Below are positions 18,613 to 27,370 of a stretch of DNA of 64,000 nucleotides, piece after piece; the first letter of the stretch is position 1; each line of letters opens with the position of its first letter. The DNA comes from Thermoanaerobaculia bacterium (GTDB lineage Bacteria; Acidobacteriota; Thermoanaerobaculia; UBA5066). The notes under the pieces are model-generated. The model saw nothing but the letters and a program-made list of their open reading frames with translations, searched no databases and was not told where the DNA came from. The translations under genes and the position numbers were made by a program. The stretch covers positions 32,001 to 96,000 of the forward strand of contig JBBRRY010000007.1 in the NCBI GenBank assembly GCA_038245905.1, written 5' to 3'.

Positions 18613-19280
18613 CAGGGAACCGCCTTCTCCAGGGGAACGCCTTCTCCTGTCGCGACGCGTCTGTTCAGGACCGTGACGCGCATCGCGACGCGCGCGAGGA
18701 GAGCCAGGTCATGCTCGACGAGGAGAACGGTTACGCCCCGTTCGCGGGAAAGCCGAAGGAGAAGGGCCTCGATCGCGCGTGAGCCTTCCTCGTCCACGTG
18801 GCTCGCAGGCTCGTCGAGGACGAGGAGCCGGGGTTCGAGAACGAGCGCCTGCGCGAGAAGCACGCGGCGCAGCTCGCCGCCCGACAGCTCGGAGAGCCGC
18901 CGGCCGAGAAGAGACGACGCGTCAGTCTCCGCAAGCGCGGTTTCGATTCGCTCCGAGAGCGCCTGGGTCCGCCGCATAAAGACGGGCTTCCGCGTCAGAG
19001 AAAGCGCGAAGAAATCCGCGACCGAGATCGGAAGCGAGGCGTCGAATGCGAGGGCCTGCGGCACGTAGCCGATCGCGTCCTTCAGCCCGAGGCCGAGGCG
19101 GATCGTGCCCGTGAACGGCAGTGTGCCGAGGAGGCAGCGCAAGAGCGTCGTCTTCCCGGCGCCGTTCGGGCCCGAAAGGCCGTGGATCTCGCCTTCGAAG
19201 ACGTCGAGGTCCACGTTCTCGAGCGCGACCTCGCCGCCGCGCCACGCGGTCAGGCCGCGAATCGAAATGATTGCGGTCAC
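18612..19280 (-). CDS. Metal ABC transporter ATPase (ZnuC/FpvD-like)
   Basis: GPNGAGKTT, GYVPQ, LSGGELRR, LDEP, VEHDL. GTG 19280. Confidence 0.92.
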   Translation of the reverse strand: MTAIISIRGLTAWRGGEVALENVDLDVFEGEIHGLSGPNGAGKTTLLRCLLGTLPFTGTIRLGLGLKDAIGYVPQALAFDASLPISVADFFALSLTRKPVFMRRTQALSERIETALAETDASSLLGRRLSELSGGELRRVLLAQALVLEPRLLVLDEPASHVDEEGSRAIEALLLRLSRERGVTVLLVEHDLALLARVAMRVTVLNRRVATGEGVPLEKAVP

Positions 19281-20122
19281 GGTCCCGCCTCCGCGGCGGA
19301 CACGCCATCCACGATCGCGTCGAGATTCGCCTTCATGTCCTTCTCGAAGCGCTCGGGCGTGTACGGCCCGCCGGCGATGTGGGTCAGCCTCCGGAGCCGG
19401 CACCCGGATTCCTTTTCGATCGTGTCGACGTACGAGCGTTCGAGCCCGAGCTCCGTGAAGAGAAGATTCACGCGGGCCGCCTTGATGCGCTCGATCGTGT
19501 CCGCGAGCTGCCGCGCGGACGGCTCGACGCCGTGACGCGCCTGCACGACCGCGTCGACGCGGAGTCCGAGCTCCGAGAAGAGGTACCCGTACCCGTCGTG
19601 AACGGTGGCGATGCGGACGCGCGAAAGGTCCTTACCCTCGAGGCGTCGGAGCGCGTCGGCGAGGAGACTGCGCAGCCGCTTCACGTAGGCACGCGCGTTG
19701 TCGGCGTAGAGATCCGCATGCACGGGGTCGAGGCGGCCCAGCTCTTTCGCGAGGCTCTGGATCTGCTGCGAGGCGGCGGTGATCGAGAGAAACGAGTGGC
19801 TGTTCGCCCCGCCCGATGCGCCCGGAAGCAGCGGGACGTTCTTGTTCGGGGTGAGGCGCGGGAGGCGTTCCCTGCCGGCCGCCTTGAGCATCGGCTCGAG
19901 AAACGTGTCGTGGCCGAGGCCGTTCTCGACGACGGCGTCGAGCGATTCGACCGTCGCGAGATCTTCCGGCCGCGGCTGAAAGGAGTGCGGATCGGCGCCC
20001 GGGGGCACGATCGGAATCGCGATGGCGGCGTTGCCGCCGACGTTCGAGACCCATGAATAATAGGGATGGAGTGTGACGCCGACGCGGAGGACTGCGGCGA
20101 GAAGGACCGGAAGGGCGCTCAC
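19277..20122 (-). CDS. Metal ABC substrate-binding protein (cluster A-I, FpvC-like)
   Basis: RVGVTLHPYYSWVSN, DPHSFQPRPED, NSHSFLSI, ATVHDGYGY, HGVEPS, LTHI. These match my recollection of P. aeruginosa FpvC. Confidence 0.88.
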   Translation of the reverse strand: MSALPVLLAAVLRVGVTLHPYYSWVSNVGGNAAIAIPIVPPGADPHSFQPRPEDLATVESLDAVVENGLGHDTFLEPMLKAAGRERLPRLTPNKNVPLLPGASGGANSHSFLSITAASQQIQSLAKELGRLDPVHADLYADNARAYVKRLRSLLADALRRLEGKDLSRVRIATVHDGYGYLFSELGLRVDAVVQARHGVEPSARQLADTIERIKAARVNLLFTELGLERSYVDTIEKESGCRLRRLTHIAGGPYTPERFEKDMKANLDAIVDGVSAAEAGP

Positions 20123-20670
20123 GGCCTGGGCCCCGTGTCGCCGTCGAGCGCGACGAGCTCGAACCAGCCCTCGCGCACGGGGTACGCGCCCGCGACGCTC
20201 GCGGTTCCACCCTTTCGGAACCAGACCTCCGCGCTCGCGCCCTTCTCGCGCTCCTTCACGCGGAGAAGAAACGCGGTCCTCCGTCCCGCCGGATCGACGC
20301 CCGCGTAGTCCGCGGCGGTTCCGTTCGCGGTGGCGGTCCAGACGAGTCCGCGCGCCGCCGCCGGCAGGAGGGCCGGCGCGAAGGGAGGGACCTCTTCGCC
20401 GGCCAGGGCCGGCACGTCCGGCCAGGCGCCGGTCCTCTTTCGCTGGGACATGACGGAATCGACCGCGACGAGGAGCGATTGATAGACGACCTGATCGCTC
20501 GCGGTCAGCACGAGAGGCGCTGCCCCCTGCGGGGCTCCGTCCGAGCCCGCGCGGGGCAGCGTCGCGACGCGCACGGCACCGAGAAGGAGTACGGCGGCGA
20601 TGGCGGCCCCGACGCCGAGGGCCTCTCTCGAGGCACTGGGCGGACGCACGCGGCGACCGGCGGATTTCAT
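20119..20670 (-). CDS. Membrane-anchored FpvK/DUF6162-like protein
   Basis: VRPPSASREAL + TM, LTASDQVVYQSL, WPDVPALAGEEVPPF, EVWF..GW. Lies directly before the FpvC-like SBP. Confidence 0.6.
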   Translation of the reverse strand: MKSAGRRVRPPSASREALGVGAAIAAVLLLGAVRVATLPRAGSDGAPQGAAPLVLTASDQVVYQSLLVAVDSVMSQRKRTGAWPDVPALAGEEVPPFAPALLPAAARGLVWTATANGTAADYAGVDPAGRRTAFLLRVKEREKGASAEVWFRKGGTASVAGAYPVREGWFELVALDGDTGPRP

Positions 20671-21302
20671 CAGCGCCCGAACCGGACGCGCAGAGCCGCG
20701 GTCGTGACTTCGGAGGGAGGCTCGGCGGGATCGGACGGATAGAACGTCAGCCGCTTCGTCCGGTCCGCCTCCGGCACGTCCGAAGAGAGGACCGAGGCGC
20801 CCTTCGTGGCCGCCGCGATGATCTCCTTCCAGCCAGCCCGGCCTTCGAAGTTCGTGTCGGAGAACGCAATCGTCACTTCGCCGGCCTTTGGGAGATCGGC
20901 CGCAAGCTCGATCGTGAGGCGGGCGGTGGGGAGATCCGCGACGCCCGGCGAGAATTCCAGCGAGCTCTTCACGACACGGAGCGGCACCCGCGTGCCGTCG
21001 ATCGCGAGGACGAGGCCGGGTGCAAAGAGGGCGGCGAACGCGTCCCGGAGTCTCGCGAGCGCGTCGCCCCGGGGCGCGCTTGTCAGTCCGGACTCCGAGA
21101 GCGCCTTCTGCGTCGGGATCTCGGCGAGGTCGATGACGTGCGTGACGTCGATTCCTCCGGTGCGCGGCGATAGCCGCGTCCATCGATTCACGGAAAAATT
21201 ACCCATGGGATGGGAGAAAGATTCCGCTGAAGAGAGGAGAAGAGAGAGAAAGAAGAGAGATTTTCTTAGAAGGGAGGAGGGGAGGGTTTCTCTCCTACTC
21301 AT
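20670..21302 (-). CDS. Periplasmic HPMGNF-domain protein (stand-alone N-terminal domain of NiCoT/RcnA-type fusions)
   Basis: Signal peptide then HPMGNFSVNR, DLAEIPT, FSDTNFEGRAGWKEI, LTFYPSD. No downstream TM domain. Confidence 0.6.
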   Translation of the reverse strand: MSRRETLPSSLLRKSLFFLSLLLSSAESFSHPMGNFSVNRWTRLSPRTGGIDVTHVIDLAEIPTQKALSESGLTSAPRGDALARLRDAFAALFAPGLVLAIDGTRVPLRVVKSSLEFSPGVADLPTARLTIELAADLPKAGEVTIAFSDTNFEGRAGWKEIIAAATKGASVLSSDVPEADRTKRLTFYPSDPAEPPSEVTTAALRVRFGR

Positions 21303-21320
21303 TCGCAGAACTCTTCATCT
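21212..21320. repeat. Dispersed motif cluster 3
   Basis: Long purine run, then + GAGAGATTTTCTTAGAAGGGAGG (core 21263-21271). A weaker - copy has core TTCGCAGAA at 21302-21310. Confidence 0.65.
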
Positions 21321-22515
21321 CCGTCAGCATGCGCTTTGCCTCATCCGCATGGAGGACGTGAAATCTGGGATCGATCTCCAGAGCTCGCTTCAGGTGCCGG
21401 GTGGCGGCCTGGCGATCGCCCGCGGCGCGGGCGATCGCTCCCGCGTGGAATTCGAAGAGAGGGTCGATCGTTCCCATCGCGAGCGCTTTCGCCATCGGCT
21501 CGGCGGCCTCTGTTGCTCTTCCCGCCGCGTAGAGGCTCCACGCGTAGGCGTCGTAACCGCCGACGTCCTTGCGGGTCTCGAGTTCCCGGGAGGTCATCTC
21601 GACGGCGCGTTTCGGGTCGCCGTTCTCGGCGAGACTTAGGGCGAGTAGGCGATGGACCCTTCTCTCGGGCTCGGGAAGAAGAGCTTCGAGCGTTTGGACG
21701 GTCGCCCGGGCGCGCGCCTCTCCGTCGCGGTCGCCCGTGGCCTTCCGGTAGTCGACGAGAGCCGAGGCGACGGAGAACTCCGGCACGAGCGCGAACGACT
21801 TCTCGGCGAGGCGCGTGGCAGGCTCCCAGAGGCCCTTGCGCGCCGCGATCTCCGCTGCCACGGCGAGTGCGGGAGCGTGATTCGGGACTCGGAGGAGGGC
21901 CTCGACGAGACGCCCCTCCGCTTCTTCGTAACGGTTCATCTTCAGGAGGATCCGGGCCGAGCGCGCGCGGCACCACGCATAGCCTTCGAGGTCGTCGGGG
22001 AGCGCCGCGCTCGCGGCGAAGTCCATCGCGGAGAGAGCGCCCGTCAGATCGCCGCCAACGTCCTTCGCGAGTGCGAGGCGGCTGTACGAGGCGGTCGAGC
22101 GGCTGGCGGCCGCGAACCGGTCGTAGGCTGCGAAGGCCTCGGGATAGCGCCCGACTTCGAGGAAGGCGTCGCCGAGGGCCCCATCCAGCTCCGCGTCGCC
22201 GGGACGTTCCACCTTCAGTGCGGCTGCCTCGCGTGCGAGTTCCTCGAAACGGTGGTGGGGGAGGAGAAGCCTCAGCCTGAACTTGCGAAGCGCGAAGTCC
22301 CCGGGCGAGGCGGTCAGCCCCCTGGTGACCGCGGATTCGGAGGCCGCGAGATCGGCAGGATCGAGCGTGCGGCGATAGTGCGCGTATCGCTCTTCGGCTG
22401 TCTTCAGGCACGGCTGCGACTCGGCGGCCGCGAGGAAGGAGAGGACGAAAGGAAGGGCGGCGGCCGCCACTCTCACTAGAGGAGAGAGCAGAGACCGCCG
22501 CCGCCGCGAATTCAC
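21295..22515 (-). CDS. Exported tetratricopeptide-repeat protein
   Basis: Signal peptide, helical repeats (LGDAFLEVGRYPEA, DAYAWSLYAAG, LKRALEIDPRF). Typical DUF4331 partner. Confidence 0.85.
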   Translation of the reverse strand: MNSRRRRSLLSPLVRVAAAALPFVLSFLAAAESQPCLKTAEERYAHYRRTLDPADLAASESAVTRGLTASPGDFALRKFRLRLLLPHHRFEELAREAAALKVERPGDAELDGALGDAFLEVGRYPEAFAAYDRFAAASRSTASYSRLALAKDVGGDLTGALSAMDFAASAALPDDLEGYAWCRARSARILLKMNRYEEAEGRLVEALLRVPNHAPALAVAAEIAARKGLWEPATRLAEKSFALVPEFSVASALVDYRKATGDRDGEARARATVQTLEALLPEPERRVHRLLALSLAENGDPKRAVEMTSRELETRKDVGGYDAYAWSLYAAGRATEAAEPMAKALAMGTIDPLFEFHAGAIARAAGDRQAATRHLKRALEIDPRFHVLHADEAKRMLTEMKSSANE

Positions 22516-22524
22516 GAGCGAAGA

Positions 22525-24201
22525 CTACTTGACCGTGGGCTGGATCCGGGCGAGGTCGTCCCGGTCGCGGGCGACCCGCACGCGCTCCTGGAACTCCTCG
22601 TCCGAGACGCCCTCGGGGAAGCCCTTGACGGATGCGTCGCGAATCGCGCGGACCGAGGGTGTCGCGGGCTTCAAAGGAGCGGGAGCGCCCGCGTGGAAGG
22701 CCGCGAAGCCGCTCGTCGGCGACCACATGAACGGGAAGAAGTAGCGGCAGCCGCGCTGCGGGAAGTCGACGCCGTCGCCGAGATCCTTGTTGGGTGAGGC
22801 GGCGTAGATCGGGTTTCCGCCGGCGGACGGCGGAAGGAGTCCGACGATGACGCCCGCGACTGCCCGGAGCTCGATGTCCACGACGTCGTCGCAGGGCCGG
22901 CGGCCATTCGGGAAGCCGGCACCGTCACCGCCGAGGTAGCCGAGGCGGCTCGCCGCAGCGAAGGGCGTCGGGGCCACGGCCGTGTTCAGGCGGAGCTGGT
23001 CGGAATAAACCTCGCCGGGGCGCTGGGTGGGCGCGACGCCGAGGAGATCCGCGACGGACTTCGGGAGCCCCTGGAAGAGCGCGAGCTGGAGGTCGCCGCG
23101 CGGGCCGGGAGGCACCGGGATGCCGAAGAGCACGTTCATATAGGTGGCGAGGATCGGGTACAGCTCGCCTGGCGTCGTCGCGTCGCCCTGGAAGAACGAT
23201 TCCTTGTCCGGGCCGACGGAGTTCCATCTGTCCTTGCGGCCGACTCCGACGAGGACCTCGTTCACGAGAGGGTTCCCGAGGCGCGAGACCTGCTGATACG
23301 TCGCACCGTTCGTCACGGTCCCGTCCGCATTGAGCGTGCGCGTGGACGGAATGCTCACGGACGCCCAGCCGCCGATGATCGAGACCGAGTTATTCGGGTC
23401 ACCGACCTGGAAGCCCACGGACGTGAGCATCGCAATCGGCACCTGGAGGGCCGTTGCAAGGACGGTGTAACCGTAGAGGGTGTCGCGGCCGCCGCCCGTG
23501 TTTCCGACGCCCACGCCGGGACGGCCGTTGCCCGCGCCGACCTCGAGGTTGATGGCGTCGAAGGTCATGCCGAGGTCGACGAAGAAGGGGTCCTGCCGGG
23601 GGCCGACGAAGACCGAGATCTTCCCGTTCGCCGCCGTCTGGATTCCGTTCGGAAGGCCCGCGTAGTTCGGGAACGTTTTGGGTCCGATGTTCGGGGGGAA
23701 GACCGGCTGGTCCACGAGGAGGTGCGTGATCTGCCCGGCCGAGGGGTTTCCCGCGGGGCCCGTGATCTTGTCGAGGCTGTACGTCTGCTTCACGTAGAGG
23801 TTGGCATCCGTGATCGACGTGAGGCCCGGGAGCGCGTAAAGGAACGAGTTCGGCTGGCTGTACGTCGTCTTGAACGAGAAGCGGAACGTCACGTCCTCGA
23901 TGCCGTCGCCGTTGTTGTCGATCTTGATGTCGTACCAGGCGCCGTCCTGGAAGCCGGCGTAGTTCGGGCCGCCCTGCGGCTCGATCAGGCCGTAACGGCA
24001 CGCGATGATGTTCACCATCGAGGTGTCGTTCGGGTCACGGAACATGTAGAAGTCCGTGTCGTCGATGGCGGGATTCTTCGACGTGAAGGGCGCCTCGTTG
24101 TGGCTGGAGGCCTGAGCGGGTGTCGGGGTGAGAAGCGCGGCGGCCGCGAGGATCCCGGCGGTGACGAGGCCGCAGAGGCGCAATTCTCTCGTTCTTGACA
24201 T
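22525..24201 (-). CDS. DUF4331 family exported protein
   Basis: AAGGAG SD, signal peptide then SSHNEAP, DDTDFYMF, GPRQDPFFVDL, QVSRLGNPLVNE, GFPNGRRPCDDVVDIEL. Confidence 0.88.
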   Translation of the reverse strand: MSRTRELRLCGLVTAGILAAAALLTPTPAQASSHNEAPFTSKNPAIDDTDFYMFRDPNDTSMVNIIACRYGLIEPQGGPNYAGFQDGAWYDIKIDNNGDGIEDVTFRFSFKTTYSQPNSFLYALPGLTSITDANLYVKQTYSLDKITGPAGNPSAGQITHLLVDQPVFPPNIGPKTFPNYAGLPNGIQTAANGKISVFVGPRQDPFFVDLGMTFDAINLEVGAGNGRPGVGVGNTGGGRDTLYGYTVLATALQVPIAMLTSVGFQVGDPNNSVSIIGGWASVSIPSTRTLNADGTVTNGATYQQVSRLGNPLVNEVLVGVGRKDRWNSVGPDKESFFQGDATTPGELYPILATYMNVLFGIPVPPGPRGDLQLALFQGLPKSVADLLGVAPTQRPGEVYSDQLRLNTAVAPTPFAAASRLGYLGGDGAGFPNGRRPCDDVVDIELRAVAGVIVGLLPPSAGGNPIYAASPNKDLGDGVDFPQRGCRYFFPFMWSPTSGFAAFHAGAPAPLKPATPSVRAIRDASVKGFPEGVSDEEFQERVRVARDRDDLARIQPTVK

Positions 24202-24285
24202 GAAAACTCCTTGAGGAATGTGAAGCGGTGGATCGGTCCGGGTTACGTGCGTTTGTTCGTGCGCGTGCGGGGCATCTGGGGTTAC

Positions 24286-24311
24286 TACGAAAGGACTGGA
24301 TTTACGGATTA
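24286..24311 (-). promoter_or_regulatory. Putative ECF promoter TAATCC-N16-CGTA for the DUF4331 operon
   Basis: Minus strand reads TAATCC GTAAATCCAGTCCTTT CGTA, about 85 nt before the DUF4331 ATG. Same geometry as 17384-17409. Confidence 0.6.
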
Positions 24312-24361
24312 CCCGGATTCTTCAAGGCGCTTGCATGAGACGTGCCGCTACAATTCGCCGC

Positions 24362-24460
24362 GGAAGCGCAAGGGGCCCGGCGGCCCTCCTGGTCTTCAAA
24401 ACCAGCGTGCTCGCTCCGAGAGGGGCGGCGGGTGGGTTCGACTCCCACACGCTTCCGCCA
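24362..24460 (+). tRNA. selC: tRNA-Sec (UCA)
   Basis: GGAAGCG/CGCTTCC acceptor stem + G + CCA. 6-bp D stem with 4-nt loop, CTGGT-CTTCAAA-ACCAG anticodon arm, long variable arm, GTGGG-TTCGACT-CCCAC T arm. Confidence 0.95.
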
Positions 24461-24513
24461 ACTGGACTCGCGGCTCCTCCGCGAGAGAGCGTGGTCCAGC
24501 TGGAGGATGGCGG

Positions 24514-26487
24514 TCAGATTTGCAGCGGAGACAAATTTGGGCTGGGTATCTTTACGTCGCGTTGCCGTCCTTCGAAAAGCGCCGCCAGAAGGTGCTCGAC
24601 CTCACGCGGGCGCCCCGGCTTTACGACGTGGTGATCGAAGCCCGCCTCCTGGGTCCGCTGACGGTCGCTCGCCTGCCCATAGCCGGTCAAGGCGATGAGC
24701 GCGACGTGTCGTTGGTCGGGATCGCGCCGCAAGCGCCGCGCGACCTCGTATCCGTCCATGTTGGGCAAACCGAGATCGAGGATCACGGCCGCGGGCTTGA
24801 AATGAGCGGCTTCCTCAAGGGCGTCCGGCCCCGTATAGACGGCCCGGGTGTCATAGCCGGCGTACTCGAGGAGCAGCGTGACGCCGTCGGCCGCGTCCAC
24901 GTTGTCGTCGACGACGAGGACGCGATGCCTCGATTTCGCGCTCTCTCTCTGGTTTTCTGGAGCATCCGGCCGAACCTCGCCCGGAGGGGCCACGGCCGGG
25001 AGCCGCACGGTGAACTCGCTTCCCTCGTGTGGACCGGCGCTTTCTGCCGCGATCGTGCCTCCATGGAGCTCGACGATTTTCGACGCGAGATTCAGTCCGA
25101 TCCCGAGGCCCCCCTCGGACCGGTCCAGGGATCGGGGCCCCTGCGAAAAGAGCTCGAAAACGTGCGGGAGAACGTCTGCCGCGATTCCGATCCCGCTGTC
25201 TCTCACGCTGAGCACGACGTCGTCTCCCTCTCGCGTCGCCCCGAGCCAGACGTGGCCCCCCGCTTCCATGTACTTCGCCGAGTTGTTCAGGAGGTTCACC
25301 GCGACCTGTTCCATGCGGCTCGCGTCGGCCAGGACCCAGAGCGACTCCGGGGCGAGTTCGACGAAAAGCTCGTGGCCCGAGCGCTCGATGAGAGCGCGCG
25401 CCGAAGCCGCCGCCCCTCGAACGACGCCCCGGAGGTCGATGACCTCCCGCGAGAGCTGAATCCGCCCGAGCGTGACGCGGGAGACTTCGAGCAGGTCGTC
25501 GACGAGGCGGGTCAGCTGTACCACCTGACGCTCGATCACCTCGCGGGCATGGCGCTGGACCGAGTCTTCCTTTCCGTGCGCCTGAAGAACGGCGGCGGAG
25601 GTGACGATCGGGGAGAGAGGATTCCGCAGCTCGTGCGCGAGCATCGCGAGGAACTCGTCCTTGCGACGGTGGAGGTCGGCGAGATCCGCACTTTGGGACG
25701 CGACCCGCGTCTCCAGGTGGACGCGCTCGCTGATGTCGCGGATGTTGCACTGGATGACCTTCGTCTGATCCACCGCATAGACGTTGCTGACGAACTCCAC
25801 CTGTGCCGAGCGGCCCTCCTTGGTCCGGAGGGGCAGGTGGTCGTAACGGACGTAGGAGTTCCTCTGAAGCTCCTCGAACATCGCCTTGTTCGCGTCGATG
25901 TCGGCGAACAGCCCGATCTCCCAGAGCTGTTTGCCGAGAAGCTCTTCTTTCGAATAGCCCAGAAGCTTTTGGATGAAAGGATTTGCGTCGTCGATCGTCC
26001 CCAAGGGCTCGTTGAGGATCAGGATTCCGTCCTCCGCCGCTTCGAAGAGGCGGCGATAACGGATCTCCGAAGCCTCGAGGAGCTTGAGGGAGCCGGTTCG
26101 TGCCGTCACGTCCTCGATGCCGACGAGGATCAGGTCGGAAGCGTGGCCCCCGATACGAACGCGCCGGGCGTTCAAGAGCTTCGACCGCCGGCCGACTCCC
26201 GGAAAATCGCTCTCGAGCGCGTAGTCTTCGAAGGGACGGTCCTCCGTGAGGACCTCCTTCAGGAGCTCCATGAGGATCGGAGTGTTCCACTGTCCGTCCC
26301 CGAGCTCGTTGATGCGCCGACCCTCGATGTCCTTCGGATTCGCGCCGAAGCTCGTGTAGAATGCCCGGTTCGCCGACCGCACGACGAGGTCGCCGTCGAG
26401 GACGAGAAACGGCTCGCGAAGAGTCGAGACCACATCCTTGCAATAGTCGTGGGCCTGCAATGGCTTGTGATCCGGGACGATCGTCAC
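24514..26487 (-). CDS. PAS-PAS hybrid sensor histidine kinase/response regulator
   Basis: STLREPFLVLD..SANRAFY PAS, second PAS, FLAMLAHELRNPL, NLLNNSAKY, GGLGIGL, REC VVDDNVD..LDLGLP..KP. Start approximate (GTG 26487). Confidence 0.9.
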   Translation of the reverse strand: MTIVPDHKPLQAHDYCKDVVSTLREPFLVLDGDLVVRSANRAFYTSFGANPKDIEGRRINELGDGQWNTPILMELLKEVLTEDRPFEDYALESDFPGVGRRSKLLNARRVRIGGHASDLILVGIEDVTARTGSLKLLEASEIRYRRLFEAAEDGILILNEPLGTIDDANPFIQKLLGYSKEELLGKQLWEIGLFADIDANKAMFEELQRNSYVRYDHLPLRTKEGRSAQVEFVSNVYAVDQTKVIQCNIRDISERVHLETRVASQSADLADLHRRKDEFLAMLAHELRNPLSPIVTSAAVLQAHGKEDSVQRHAREVIERQVVQLTRLVDDLLEVSRVTLGRIQLSREVIDLRGVVRGAAASARALIERSGHELFVELAPESLWVLADASRMEQVAVNLLNNSAKYMEAGGHVWLGATREGDDVVLSVRDSGIGIAADVLPHVFELFSQGPRSLDRSEGGLGIGLNLASKIVELHGGTIAAESAGPHEGSEFTVRLPAVAPPGEVRPDAPENQRESAKSRHRVLVVDDNVDAADGVTLLLEYAGYDTRAVYTGPDALEEAAHFKPAAVILDLGLPNMDGYEVARRLRRDPDQRHVALIALTGYGQASDRQRTQEAGFDHHVVKPGRPREVEHLLAALFEGRQRDVKIPSPNLSPLQI

Positions 26488-26498
26488 CGGGTCGTCGC

Positions 26499-27311
26499 TC
26501 AGAACGGCGTCGCGAGCTGGAACGTGCCGTCGTTGGACGTGTTGTCGACCTCGACGGCGTAGCACACGGCATTGCCCGTCGTCGTGATCTGGATTCCGCC
26601 GTTCGACACGAAGAAATTCGCTCCGAACTGGTCCCAGCCGAAGCCCTTCAGGGTGAAAGTCAGGGGGCTCCCGACGGCGAAGTTGTTCGCGTCGAAACCC
26701 TGGAACTGGATCGTCTGGGAGACCGAGGTGTTGCTCGCGCAACCGACGTTCGTCCTTCTGAGGGAGTTGACCGAGATGCCCACCGCGAACCCGGGGCGCG
26801 AGGGAGTGATCGCCCCGAGGTCGTCGGCAAACTGAACCGCCGTGGTGTACCGCCCGCTGGCGGAGTCCACATAGACCTGCGCGTTCACGATGAACAGGAA
26901 ACCGGTATTCCGGCTGTCTAGGTCGATCGCGCCTCCGCCGGTGTAGCCGAAGAGGTCGGCGAGAATGTTGTTGAACGTGACCGTCTGGCCGGGGGAGAGA
27001 GGGACGAAGGTGTGCGCGATCTCACCACTCCGGTCGCTCAGGCCCACCCGAACGTCGTAGGAGGCGTTCACGGCGTTGAAAATACTGACCTTCGTCTTGT
27101 AAACCGAGCCGAACAGGCCGTTCGCGTTGGCCGAGGTCGGGAGCAGCAGATGGGAAACGGCGCCCACGGCCAGAGGAGCGCGCCCTTCGGCGGTTCGTAA
27201 CGGGCTCGTCGATTCGCTTCCGAGGGCCCGGCGCCCGGGGTCGACGGGTTCGGTGCCGAACAAAGGGGCGCAGCAACAGAACAGGAGAGGGTAAATCGCA
27301 CGTTTGAGCAT
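26499..27311 (-). CDS. Secreted beta-rich hypothetical protein (lineage-type repeat domain)
   Basis: GAGGAGG SD, signal peptide, LLLPTSANANGLFGSVYKTKVSIFN, RRTNVG, AVEVDNTSNDG. Confidence 0.75.
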   Translation of the reverse strand: MLKRAIYPLLFCCCAPLFGTEPVDPGRRALGSESTSPLRTAEGRAPLAVGAVSHLLLPTSANANGLFGSVYKTKVSIFNAVNASYDVRVGLSDRSGEIAHTFVPLSPGQTVTFNNILADLFGYTGGGAIDLDSRNTGFLFIVNAQVYVDSASGRYTTAVQFADDLGAITPSRPGFAVGISVNSLRRTNVGCASNTSVSQTIQFQGFDANNFAVGSPLTFTLKGFGWDQFGANFFVSNGGIQITTTGNAVCYAVEVDNTSNDGTFQLATPF

Positions 27312-27340
27312 GGGGAGCCTCCTCGTAACGCGGCGAGCGA

Positions 27341-27356
27341 TGCAAGGATGGAGCCA
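27341..27356 (-). promoter_or_regulatory. Putative sigma-54 promoter
   Basis: TGGCTC-CATCC-TTGCA (GG-N10-GC) 29 nt before the ATG at 27311. Confidence 0.5.
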
Positions 27357-27370
27357 CCGGACGTGACGTG

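Noticed and set aside
24331-24354. TTGCAT/TACAAT as a sigma-70 -35/-10 pair for selC
   Set aside because: The spacer is only 12 bp. The -10 box is plausible but this -35 is not.
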